Source of the DNA: Ranitomeya imitator
Taxonomy: Eukaryota
Direction of reading: 5' to 3'
DNA: 64,000 nucleotides
Assembly: GCF_032444005.1 (NCBI RefSeq)
Contig: NC_091291.1
Span: 138,012,001-138,076,000 of the forward strand
Shown here: positions 48,620 through 60,900 of the stretch, one piece after another
How the letters are laid out: every line of letters begins with the position of its first letter
Numbering within the stretch: position 1 is the first letter of the stretch
Position numbers and translations under genes: made by a program
Notes under the pieces: model-generated
Database searches by the model: none
Told to the model about the DNA's origin: nothing
Seen by the model: only the letters and a program-made list of their open reading frames with translations

Positions 48620-48790
48620 TACAAACATAGAGAAAGCTTTATTGTCACATCTACGACACACAGACCAGAGTCCAAAACATCCAGAATAACGACCATTCTG
48701 TGCCGATGGGAACAAAGATGGCAGCCATGGGTGGAGCAGGGTGTGGAGCAGAATAATGGCCGCCATGGGAAGCTATGAGACATATGTAAC
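48620..48790 (-). other. Candidate non-coding terminal exon (3' UTR) of the CNP3-type gene
   Basis: Strong acceptor CCTGTTTTTCTTCTTACAG|G at 48791 and AATAAA at 48638-48643. A donor sits 9 nt after the CNP stop. An alternative acceptor lies at 50183. Confidence 0.5.
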
Positions 48791-48857
48791 CTGTAAGAAG
48801 AAAAACAGGAGGAGAAGTGTTAGGATTAGAGCAGGTCGTACCGGGGGGGAAGGGGGG

Positions 48858-49986
48858 ACATCTAACTAGTTTAGCTCTGCTACATCTGACTAGCTTACCT
48901 CTGCTACATCTCACTAGTTTAGCTCTGCTACATCTGACTAGCTTAGCTCTGCTACATCTGACTAGTTTAGCTCTGCTACATCTGACTAGCTTAGCTTTGA
49001 CAGGGAGAAGGACTTGGGGATCCTAGTTAATGATAAACTTACCTGGAGCAGCCAGTGCCAGGCAGCAGCTGCCAAGGCAAACAGGATCATGGGGTGCATT
49101 AAAAGAGGTCTGGATACACATGATGAGAACATTATACTGCCTCTGTACAAATCCCTAGTTAGACCGCACATGGAGTACTGTGTCCAGTTTTGGGCACCGG
49201 TGCTCAGGAAGGATATAATGGAACTAGAGAGAGTACAAAGGAGGGCAACAAAATTAATAAAGGGGATGGGAGAACTACAATACCCAGATAGATTAGCGAA
49301 ATTAGGATTATTTAGTCTAGAAAAAAGACGACTGAGGGGCGATCTAATAACCATGTATAAGTATATAAGGGGACAATACAAATATCTCGCTGAGGATCTG
49401 TTTATACCAAGGAAGGTGACGGGCACAAGGGGGCATTCTTTGCGTCTGGAGGAGAGAAGGTTTTTCCACCAACATAGAAGAGGATTCTTTACTGTTAGGG
49501 CAGTGAGAATCTGGAATTGCTTGCCTGAGGAGGTGGTGATGGCGAACTCAGTCGAGGGGTTCAAGAGAGGCCTGGATGTCTTCCTGGAGCAGAACAATAT
49601 TGTATCATACAATTATTAGGTTCTGTAGAAGGACGTAGATCTGGGGATTTATTATGATGGAATATAGGCTGAACTGGATGGACAAATGTCTTTTTTCGGC
49701 CTTACTAACTATGTTACTATGTTACATCTGACTAGTTTAGGTCTGCTACACGTGACTAGTTTAGCTCTGCTACATCTGACTAGTTTAGCTCTGCTACATC
49801 TGACTAGTTTAGCTCTGCTACATCTGACTAGCTTACCTCTGCTACATCTGAGTAGCTTAGCTCTGCTACATCTGACTAGCTTAGCTCTGCTACATCTGAC
49901 TAGCTTAGCTCTGTTACTCCAGACTAGCCTAGCTCTGCTGCACCTGAAAAGCTTACCTCTGCTACATCTGACTAGCTTGGCTCTGT
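48858..49986. repeat. 24-bp minisatellite (TTAGCTCTGCTACATCTGACTAGC) split by a CR1 insertion
   Basis: Units at 48858-48997 and ~49720-49986. Confidence 0.9.
48999..49724 (+). mobile_element. CR1 LINE 3' fragment (5'-truncated)
   Basis: [50 protein letters not shown]; (ACTATGTT)n tail. Confidence 0.95.
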
Positions 49987-50234
49987 AACATCATTATAGG
50001 TTAATTAAGTGATATTCTTTTTGCAAATCCCTCATTTAACCCTTCCCAGCAGGGGCAGCTGAGGGGGCACCACATGGCTTCAGCACCCTGGACAGCGGTA
50101 ATTGCTCAGATCTTCCCATCAGGCTGTCAGTTACTGCTAGAAAGGGAAAATCACCTAGAAAGTCTGTGAGAGATCAAGGAGGCTGGAGAGATACAGACAT
50201 CTGGTGATATGGGAGAGAAGCAAAGAGCCCGGAT

Positions 50235-53200
50235 CAAACACCTACTGCCCGCCGCACTACACCAAACACCTACTGCCCGCTACACTACACCAAACACCTA
50301 CTGCCCGCTACACTACACCAAACACCTACTGCCCGCTACACTACACCAAACACCTACTGCCCGCTACACTACACCAAACACCTACTGCCCGCTACACTAC
50401 ACCAAACACCTACTGTCCGCTACACTACACCAAACACCTACTGCCCGCTACATTACACCAAACACCTACTGCCCGCTACACTACACCAAACACCTACTGC
50501 CCGACGCACTACACCAAACACCTACTGCCCGCTACACTACACCAAACACCTACTGCCCGCTACACTACACCAAACACCTACTGCCCGCTACACTACACCA
50601 AACACCTACTGCCCGCTGCACTACACCAAACACCTACTGCCCGCTACACTACACCAAACACCTACTGCCCCCTACACTACACCAAACACCTACTGTCCGC
50701 TGCACTACACCAAACACCTACTGCCCGCTACATTACACCAAACACCTACTGCCCGCTACACTACACCAAACACCTACTGCCCGCTACATTACACCAAACA
50801 CCTACTGCCCGCTACACTACACCAAACACCTACTGCCCGACGCACTACACCAAACACCTACTGCCCGCTACACTACACCAAACACCTACTGCCCGCTACA
50901 CTACACCAAACACCTACTGCCCGCTACACTACACCAAACACCTACTGCCCGCTACACTACACCAAACACCTACTGCCCGACGCACTACACCAAACACCTA
51001 CTGCCCGCTACACTACACCAAACACCTACTGCCCGCTACACTACACCAAACACCTACTGTCCGCTACACTACACCAAACACCTACTGTCCGCTACATTAC
51101 ACCAAACACCTACTGCCCGCTACACTACACCAAACACCTACTGTCCGCTACACTACACCAAACACCTACTGTCCGCCGCACTACACCAAACACCTACTGC
51201 CCGCCGCACTACACCAAACACCTACTGCCCCCTACACTACACCAAACACCTACTGCCCGCTACATTACACCAAACACCTACTGCCCGCTACACTACACCA
51301 AACACCTACTGCCCCCTACACTACACCAAACACCTACTGCCCGCTACACTACACCAAACACCTACTGCCCGCTACACTACACCAAACACCTACTGCCCGC
51401 TACACTACACCAAACACCTACTGCCCCCTACACTACACCAAACACCTACTGCCCGCTACACTACACCAAACACCTACTGCCCGCTACACTACACCAAACA
51501 CCTACTGCCCGCTACATTACACCAAACACCTACTGCCCGCTACACTACACCAAACACCTACTGCCCCCTACACTACACCAAACACCTACTGCCCGCTACA
51601 CTACACCAAACACCTACTGCCCGCTACACTACACCAAACACCTACTGCCCGCTACACTACACCAAACACCTACTGCCCGCTACATTACACCAAACACCTA
51701 CTGCCCGCTACACTACACCAAACACCTACTGCCCGCTACACTACACCAAACACCTACTGCCCGCTACACTACACCAAACACCTACTGCCCCCTACACTAC
51801 ACCAAACACCTACTGCCCGCTACACTACACCAAACACCTACTGTCCCCTACACTACACCAAACACCTACTGCCCCCTACACTACACCAAACACCTACTGC
51901 CCGCTACACTACACCAAACACCTACTGCCCGCTACACTACACCAAACACCTACTGCCCCCTACACTACACCAAACACCTACTGCCCGCTACACTACACCA
52001 AACACCTACTGCCCCCTACACTACACCAAACACCTACTGCCCGCTACACTACACCAAACACCTACTGCCCGCTACACTACACCAAACACCTACTGCCCGC
52101 TACACTACACCAAACACCTACTGCCCGCTACACTACACCAAACACCTACTGCCCGCTACACTACACCAAACACCTACTGCCCCCTACACTACACCAAACA
52201 CCTACTGCCCCCTACACTACACCAAACACCTACTGCCCGCTACACTACACCAAACACCTACTGCCCCCTACACTACACCAAACACCTACTGCCCGCTACA
52301 CTACACCAAACACCTACTGCCCGCTACATTACACCAAACACCTACTGCCTGCCGCACTACACCAAACACCTACTGCCCCCTACACTACACCAAACACCTA
52401 CTGCCCCCTACACTACACCAAACACCTACTGCCCCCTACACTACACCAAACACCTACTGCCCGCTACACTACACCAAACACCTACTGCCCCCTACACTAC
52501 ACCAAACACCTACTGCCCCCTACACTACACCAAACACCTACTGCCCCCTACACTACACCAAACACCTACTGCCCCCTACACTACACCAAACACCTACTGC
52601 CCCCTACACTACACCAAACACCTACTGCCCGCTACATTACACCAAACACCTACTGCCCCCTACACTACACCAAACACCTACTGCCCCCTACACTACACCA
52701 AACACCTACTGCCCGCTACATTACACCAAACACCTACTGCCCCCTACACTACACCAAACACCTACTGCCCCCTACACTACACCAAACACCTACTGCCCGC
52801 TACATTACACCAAACACCTACTGCCCCCTACACTACACCAAACACCTACTGCCCCCTACACTACACCAAACACCTACTGCCCCCTACACTACACCAAACA
52901 CCTACTGCCCGCTACACTACACCAAACACCTACTGCCCCCTACACTACACCAAACACCTACTGCCCGCTACATTACACCAAACACCTACTGCCCCCTACA
53001 CTACACCAAACACCTACTGCCCCCTACACTACACCAAACACCTACTGCCCCCTACACTACACCAAACACCTACTGCCCCTACACTACACCAAACACCTAC
53101 TGCCCCCTACACTACACCAAACACCTACTGCCCGCTACATTACACCAAACACCTACTGCCCCCTACACTACACCAAACACCTACTGTCCGCTACACTACA

Positions 53201-53988
53201 CCAAACACCTACTGCCCCCTACACTACACCAAACACCTACTGCCCGCTACACTACACCAAACACCTACTGCCCCCTACACTACACCAAACACCTACTGCC
53301 CCCTACACTACACCAAACACCTACTGCCCCCTACACTACACCAAACACCTACTGCCCGCTACACTACACCAAACACCTACTGCCCGCTACACTACACCAA
53401 ACACCTACTGCCTGCCGCACTACACCAAACACCTACTGCCCGCTACACTACACCAAACACCTACTGCCCGCCACACTACACCAAACACCTACTGCCCCCT
53501 ACACTACACCAAACACCTACTGCCCCCTACACTACACCAAACACCTACTGCCCGCTACATTACACCAAACACCTACTGCCCCCTACACTACACCAAACAC
53601 CTACTGTCCGCTACACTACACCAAACACCTACTGCCCCCTACACTACACCAAACACCTACTGCCCCCTACACTACACCAAACACCTACTGCCCGCTACAC
53701 TACACCAAACACCTACTGCCCGCCACACTACACCAAACACCTACTGCCCCCTACACTACACCAAACACCTACTGCCCCCTACACTACACCAAACACCTAC
53801 TGCCCGCTACATTACACCAAACACCTACTGCCCCCTACACTACACCAAACACCTACTGTCCGCTACACTACACCAAACACCTACTGCCCCCTACACTACA
53901 CCAAACACCTACTGCCCGCCACACTACACCAAACACCTACTGCCCCCTACACTACACCAAACACCTACTGTCCGCTACACTACACCAA
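50235..53988. repeat. 28-bp minisatellite (~134 units; TACACTACACCAAACACCTACTGCCCGC) directly 3' of CNP exon 2
   Basis: Tandem array; three units give the 28-aa repeat in the ORF track. Confidence 0.98.
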
Positions 53989-54021
53989 TTCTTGTGATTT
54001 TTACCAACTCACCAGGAAACG

Positions 54022-54321
54022 TCAGCAGCCGAGACCACTGAGTGATCCGATCCTGTCCAGCTTCACCCCGAAGCATCCCCTGGAGAAGCCCTTCTTGCTC
54101 CTCTGCCGCAGCCTCCTGGTGCCGCCCGCCGGGTCGCTGAGCAGCTGCTGCAGGGTGACTTCATTTAAGTGGGAACCTTCCCTCTGCTCGGCCCGGTTTC
54201 TGTTCCACTGGTTTTCGGGGTTCGGCTGGTCCAGCAAGTCAGTTGGTACCAACTCCCCATGATCTGCTTCGTCAGACCCATAGGAGCGGTCAAAATTGTC
54301 CTCCAGTAACCTGGACAAACT
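54022..54321 (-). CDS. NPPC: C-type natriuretic peptide precursor (CNP3 paralogue), exon 2
   Basis: CTCTTGTAG|[11 protein letters not shown]...[28 protein letters not shown]-stop, a CNP-22 with no C-terminal tail. Tandem linkage with NPPB/NPPA indicates the CNP3 lineage rather than the mammalian NPPC (CNP4) orthologue. Confidence 0.95.
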   Translation of the reverse strand, partial: SLSRLLEDNFDRSYGSDEADHGELVPTDLLDQPNPENQWNRNRAEQREGSHLNEVTLQQLLSDPAGGTRRLRQRSKKGFSRGCFGVKLDRIGSLSGLGC

Positions 54322-54949
54322 CTACAAGAGCAAATGGTTAACATGTAATGATACCACCATCGTATCCTGTACCGATGTAGCAGAGCTGAGGCTGTCCTCT
54401 AACTGCATCACTAGATTACGTGCAGTCCTATGTAATATCACAGGAGTTACGTGGAATAACTGACTCTTGTATGGCAGCTTACACACACAGCTCTGCTACA
54501 TCTGCAGACAGAAGACCAGATATGAATCCAATATATAAAAAGGATTTGTTGTCGCCCATTACCAATAACCGTATGATCGCCCTCATGAACGCCGAAACCT
54601 CGCTTTATCTGCACCACAATGGGGGTCCGAATATTGAAATGTATCCGTAGATCATGGCGCTGCGACACGGCTTCACTATAAGCCGCCATAGTTGGCTGCT
54701 CGGATCACAGTTGCGGTTTTCAATCTGCGGCTCTCTAGCGTTTGTGAAACTACAACCTTTGATTGTAGGGATCATTGCTGGGAGTTGTAGTTTCCTAACT
54801 GCTGGAGAGCCACCGATTGGAGAACACAAGGACTATAAGGACTACTAAATATTTCTCTCCTTCTTCTCAGTTCAGGACTGTTAGGAAGATCCGGATACGA
54901 TATGTCTAGAATTGGCGGTGACCTATAATGGGCGGCACGGGGCTCTCAC

Positions 54950-55042
54950 CTGCAGGCTGCTCATCGGTTTGGCTCTCGCTTGCTCCTTGGAGAAGACGAG
55001 GATCAGGAGTAATCCCAGGCAGGCGCTGCGCTTGTAATCCAT
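54950..55042 (-). CDS. NPPC: C-type natriuretic peptide precursor (CNP3 paralogue), exon 1 (signal peptide)
   Basis: MDYKRSACLGLLLILVFSKEQARAKPMSSLQ|GTGAGA. 31 codons, phase 0; precursor 130 aa. Confidence 0.92.
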
Positions 55043-55107
55043 CTCCTGCTTCTCCTGCCCTGGTGAGTCTCCTACGCTTCCTTCCAGGACTCTGCTATAG
55101 TCCTCTC

Positions 55108-55166
55108 CTTATATCTCGTGCCCCTCCGGTGCCAACCCACTCACTCTGCCCATTGGCTGCTTATCA
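55108..55166 (-). promoter_or_regulatory. CNP proximal promoter: TATA-like ATATAAG (~55108-55114), CCAAT (55152-55156), GATAA (~55161-55165)
   Basis: Motif matches about 70-120 nt upstream of the ATG. Confidence 0.55.
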
Positions 55167-55562
55167 TCTCAGCCACAATTTCCAGATTTCCTGTGTATTG
55201 TATCGATTGTATACCGGGATGATACTCTGACACCAGTTCATTAATAATATTAATATTATTAGTAATATTCTATATATTCTTTCTGTTACCTCCGCTAATC
55301 CTGTTTTTTCCTTTCCCCCTATCACTTACTCTAGTCCAGTGCCAGGGTGCCAAACTGGGCACCTGCCCTTCTCCCAAGAAATGGTATCCTAATAATATAA
55401 ATCTTCTCTGTCCGGAGGCTTTATCAATATCTTGGAGTTTGCCATTAACCCTTCACAACTATTTTGACAAAGAAGGACAGTTTTATGTAAAAAATATTAT
55501 TACTACTTAAGTTGACTTGTGTTGAGGGACATAACAAGTAACAACGGGACACCTTAGTTAGA

Positions 55563-56935
55563 CCATAAGCACTTTTAGGCTCTACCATGAGCACCATGAA
55601 ACTCTATCATGTCCATGTAGGCTCTAGAATGAGCATCTTTATCCTCAACCATGAGAACCTTTAGCCTTAACCGAGAGCATCTTTTACGCTCTACTATGAG
55701 CACTTTTAGGCTCTAACGTGAGCACCATGATTCTATACAATGAGCATGTAGGCTCTAGAATGAGCATCTTTATCCTCAACCTTAAGAACCTTTAGCCTTA
55801 ACCGAAAACATCTTTTACGCTCTACTATGAGCACCTTTAGGTTCTAACATGAGCACCATTATTCTCTGCAATGAGCATGTAGGCTCTAGAATGAGCATCT
55901 TTATCCTCAACCACGAGAACCTTTAGCCTTAACCGAGAGAATCTTTTACGCTCTACTATGAGCACTTTTAGGTTCTAACGTGAGCACCATGATTCTCTGC
56001 AGTGAGCATGTAGGCTCTAGAATGAGCATCTTTATCCTCAACCATAAGAACCTGTAGCCTTAACTGAGAGCAATTTTTACGCTCTACTATGAGCACCTTT
56101 AGGTTCTAACATGAGCACCTTGATTCTCTGCAATGAGCATGTAGGCTCCAAAATGAGCATCTTCATCCTCAACCATGAGAACCTTTAGCCTTAACCGAGA
56201 GCATCTTTAACGTCTACCATGAACACCTCTAGGCTCTACTAAGAGAATCTTACTGCTCAATCAGGAGTGCCTTGTTTATCTACCATGATCACCATTACGC
56301 TCTAAAATAATCACCAGAATTCTCTACCATGAGCCTCTTTAGGCTGTGCCATAAGCAGCAAGATTCTGCACCATGAGCACCATGATTCTTTGCCATGAGC
56401 ACCATGATTTTCTACCATAAGCCTCTTTAGGGTCAACCATAAGCACGATGATTCTCTAAAATGAGCCTCTTTAGACTTTTCCATGAGCACTATGATTCCA
56501 TACCATGAGCACCTTTTGGCTCTACCGTGAGCACCGTTATCCTCAACCATGAGATCCTTTATCAATCTTTATCTCTACCGGGAGTACCATGATTCTCTAC
56601 CATGAGCATGATGATTCTCCACCATGAGCACCTTCAGGCTCTACCATGGGCACCATGATTCTCTACCATGAGCACCTTCAGGCTCTACCATGAGCACCAT
56701 GATTCTCTTGTATGAGCACCTTTATCCTCAACCCAGAAAACCTTTAACCTATACCATGAGCATCTTTAAGCTCTACAATGAGCACCATGATTCTCTACCA
56801 TGTGCATCTTTGTCAACTATGATCACCTTTAGCCTTAACCATGAGCATCTTTAACCTCTGACATGAGCATCTTTGACCTCTGCCATGAGCATCTTTGACC
56901 TCTGCCGCAAGCAGCTTTAGGCTCTATAATGATAA
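55563..56935. repeat. Degenerate satellite of ~21-bp subunits (CTCTACCATGAGCACC...) with a 131-bp higher-order period
   Basis: TGAGCATGTAGGCTC recurs at 55741, 55872, 56003 and 56134. Confidence 0.85.
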
Positions 56936-57517
56936 TCTTTAACATTTGCCAAGCTAATTATTGTTTTGATCTCTGCTACATATTTTTGTTCCTTTTTTCT
57001 TTTGTACATCAGTAGATTGCAACCTGTGAATCTTCAGCTGATGAGCAACTACAACTCCCAGCATGATTCAATAAGTGCCTTCATTTATGGATTGAATCAT
57101 GCAATATTCTACCATTAAACAGAACTATTCCATATTGTGATACTGTGAAGGCTGCAGCCCAACAAGGACCTAATGCTAGTTGACTGCAGTTCTCTAGAAA
57201 CATAACAATGCCATATGACCACCATGAGACACAGCACCAGGAACGTCGCCAATCCAGGAGGTAGGTGGCTTTTATATTATCTAACTTCATAGCATTCAAA
57301 AATGGGGTTGAACAGAAGAAGGAAATCGAGAGGTTTATATTCACCTTTTTCAAATCTATATGAGAAGACACAATATAGAAAAGAAATGAAAAATGTAAAG
57401 AGAAGGAAAGCATGAGGGGAGGTACAGCAGGACAAACAGCCTAGAATAGCAGCACAACGTAAAGAGGTCAATGTGGAGGATCAGAACATGCAGAAGAGGA
57501 GCAGAGCGTGGATGATA

Positions 57518-59071
57518 CACTGCGTGCAGAATTATTAGGCAAGTTGTATTTTGATCACATGATACTTTTTATACATGTCGTCCTACTCCAAGCTGTTCAG
57601 GCTTGAGAGCCAACTACCAATTCAGTAAATCAGGTGATGATCATCTCTGTAATGAGGAGGGGTGCTGTCTAATTACTTCCAAAACCCTATATAAGGTGTG
57701 CTTAATTACTAGGCAACTTCCTTTCCTTTGGCAAAATGGGTCAGAAGAGAGATTTGACGGGCTCTGAAAAGTCCAAAATTGTGAGATGTCTTGCAGAGGG
57801 ATGCAGCAGTCTTGAAACTGACAAACTTTTGAAGCTTGATCACTGAACAATCAAGCGTTTCATGGCAAATAGCCAACAGGGTCGCAAGAAGCGTGTTGGG
57901 CAAAAAAGCCGCAAAATAACTGCCCATGAATTGAGGAAAATCAAGCGTGAAGCTGCCTAGATGCCATTTGCCACCAGTTTTGCCATATTTCAGAGCCGCA
58001 ACGTTACTGGAGTAACAAAAAGCACAAGGTGTGCGATGCTCAGGGACATGGCCAAGGGAAGGAAGGCTGAAAAACGACCACCTCTGAACAAGAAACATAA
58101 GAAAATGTCAAGACTAGGCCAAGAAATATCTTAAGACTGACTTTTCAAAGGTTTTATGGACTGATGAATGAGAGTGACTCTTGATGGGCCAGATGGATGG
58201 GCCGGAGGCTGGATCAGTAAATGGCAGAGAGCTCCACTCCGACTCAGACGCCAGCAAGGTGGAGGTGGGGTACTGGTATGGGCTGGTATCATCAAAGATG
58301 GACTTGTGGGACCTTTTCGGGTTGAGGATGGAGTGAAGCTCAACTCCCAGACCTACTGCCAGTTTCTGGAAGACAACTTCTTCAAGCAGTGCTACAAGAA
58401 GAAGTCGGTATCGTTCAAGAAAAACATGATTTTCATGCAGGACAATGCTCCATCACATGCCTCCAACTACTCCACAGCGTGGCTGGCCAGTAAAGGTCTC
58501 AAAGAAGAAAAATAATGACATGACCCCCTTGTTCACCTGATCTGAACCCCATAGAGAATCTGTGGTCCCTCATAAAATGTGAGATCTACAGGGAGGGGAA
58601 CAGTCCACCTCTCGGAGCAGTGTCTGGAGGCTGTGGTGGCTGCTGCACGCAATGTTGGTCGTAAACAGATCAAGCAACTGACAGAATCTATGGATGGAGG
58701 CTGCCGAGTGTCATCATAAAGAAAAGGGGCTATATTGGTCACTCATTTTTGGGGGTTTTGTTTTTGCATGTCAGAAATGTTTATTTCTAAATTTTGTGCA
58801 GTTATATTGGTTTACCTGGTGAAAATAAACAAGTGAGATGGGAATATATTTGGTTTTTATTAAGTTGCCAAATAATTCTGCACAGTAATAGTTACCTGCA
58901 CAAACAGATATCCTCCTAAGAAAGCCAAATCTAAAAAACCCCACTCCAACTTCCAAAAATATTAAGCTTTGATATTTATGGGTCTTTTGGGTTGATTGAG
59001 AACATAGTTGTTCATCAATAATAAAAATAATCCTCTCAAATACAACTTGCCTAATAATTCTGAACACAGTG
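57518..59071 (+). mobile_element. Tc1/mariner DNA transposon (1554 bp), transposase with stops and frameshifts
   Basis: TIRs CACTGCGTGCAGAATTATTAGGCAAGTTGTATT and complement; TA TSD. ATG at 57736; WTDE, MQDNAPSH and SPDLNPIENLW motifs. Confidence 0.95.
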
Positions 59072-59975
59072 TATTGGGGAGAACAACATATAGTGTGGAG
59101 GAGGCCAAAGAAGCCATAATGTAGTTGAACATACAATGTGGAGGAAAAAACATACAAAATGGAGCAGAAGATGAGTTAATGTAGAAGAAATTAACATATA
59201 CTACAGTGGAGAAGAAAAAACATAAGATATGGAAGAGAAGCAGATATATACCCCTACTGATCAAGACTAGGGTTTTTTTATGCCTTATATTCTTAATGAA
59301 CGGAGTGCTGGAGTAAGAAGCACATAATTCATTAAGAGGTGTGTGCATCTTATAACTGTTGTGCGCCTCTACCCGAAGTCTTGCTCCTGCCAGGGGCTCG
59401 TATACATTTCTAGAGTAATTCACGCCTCTTTTGTGGACTAAAGTATGATGAATTTGTTGGGGTGGAATTGACCATTACCTATCCTGCCCCAGCTTTGCCC
59501 ACTCAAAATGTTGGCGGAGTTGGCCAGGACTGGCATAAAAATGCCAAAGATCACAACATTTGCGCACAATTTTAAGTTGTGTGTAAAAGTGGAGAAGATG
59601 CTTGAACACTTTCTCTGAAGTCTCCAGAATGTATATTTTATGTGATCTGTTTGTTTCATATGATTATTCCTCCAATAGGCTGCAGTTTTCCTGTGCACAG
59701 GGTTAACTGTAAGGCTAGCCCATCGTTTGAGGTAGAGTAAAGGGAAATGGGAGTTAGTTCCTCTTATTCAACTACATAGTGGATGCTTTCCTGAAACGGA
59801 AAGTACTTGCAAGCAGCATAATACAAAGAATAGCAGGTTTACCCAGAATCCTTTGCAGTAGGCGGAGCTATGCAAATCATCTCTTTCCACCCCAGTCTAA
59901 TCCACAGCGCTTGGAACCGCCAAGCGTGCAATGCTGTGGATTAGTTTCTAAATTTACACAGCCAACCAATTCCTA

Positions 59976-60019
59976 CCTGTGGACACATGTTTCGGGCTTT
60001 AGGCCCTCATCAGCACAGG
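59976..60019 (-). ncRNA. Type I hammerhead ribozyme, canonical core
   Basis: CCTGTG-CTGATGA-GGGC CTAAA GCCC-GAAA-CA TG TG-TC^CACAGG. Stem I has 6 perfect pairs, and a further 15-bp perfect helix closes it. Confidence 0.85.
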
Positions 60020-60107
60020 GCTGGAATTGGTTGGCTGTATGGAGTGGGGCAAAAGGTGGCTAGCATGTATGTATCGCTTGCTCACCGAGCCCCAGAGTGC
60101 AGAGGAA

Positions 60108-60900
60108 CAAGATGCAATAATTTGTAGAAAAAAAAGAACCTACAAAGTGGAGGAGAGCAAGATACGATAATTTGTAGAATAGAAGAACCTACAAAGTGGA
60201 GAAGAACAAAATACGATAATTTGTAGAATAGAAGAACCTACAAAGTGGAGGAGAGGAAGATACGATAATTTGTAGAATAGAAGAACCTACAAAGTGGAGG
60301 AGAACAAGATACGATAATTTGTAGAATAGAAGAACCTACAAAGTGGAGAAGAACAAGATACGATAATTTGTAGAATAGAAGAATCTACAAAGTGGAGGAG
60401 AACAAGATATGATAATTTGTGGAATAGAAGAACCTACAAAGTGGAGGAGAGGAAGATACAATAATTTGTGGAATAGAAGAACCTACAAAGTGGAGGAGAG
60501 GAAGATACAATAATTTGTGGAATAGAAGAACCTACAAAGTGGAGGAGAACACGATATGATAATTTGTAGAATAGAACAACCTACAAAGTGGAGGAGTGGA
60601 AGATACAATAATTTGTGGAATAGAAGAACCTACAAAGTGGAGGAGAGGAAGATACAATAATTTGTGGAATAGAAGAACCTAGAAAGTGGAGGAGAACACG
60701 ATATGATAATTTGTAGAATAGAAGAACCTACAAAGTGGAGGAGAGGAAGATATGATAATTTGTGGAATAGAAGAACCTACAAAGTGGAGGAGAGCAAGAT
60801 ACGATAATTTGTAGAATAGAAGAATCTACAAAGTGGAGGAGAGGAAGATATGATAATTTGTGGAATAGAAGAACCTACAAAGTGGAGGAGAACAAGATGT
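60108..60900. repeat. 49-bp minisatellite (~16 units; GATAATTTGTAGAATAGAAGAACCTACAAAGTGGAGGAGAACAAGATAC)
   Basis: Tandem array, with degenerate AG-rich relatives on both sides of the Tc1 element. Confidence 0.92.

Noticed and set aside
48434-48766. ORF containing GRYSGCFGL, a possible fourth natriuretic peptide
   Set aside because: It has no DRI motif and no 17-residue ring spacing. The region is better explained as the CNP 3' UTR exon.
48986-49612. 208-aa and 215-aa (62332-62979) minus-strand ORFs
   Set aside because: They are antisense shadows of CR1 RT coding sequence.
50204-54262. 1352-aa and 1262-aa plus-strand ORFs
   Set aside because: They are translations of the 28-bp minisatellite, whose unit lacks stops. 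They lie antisense to CNP, mostly within its intron.
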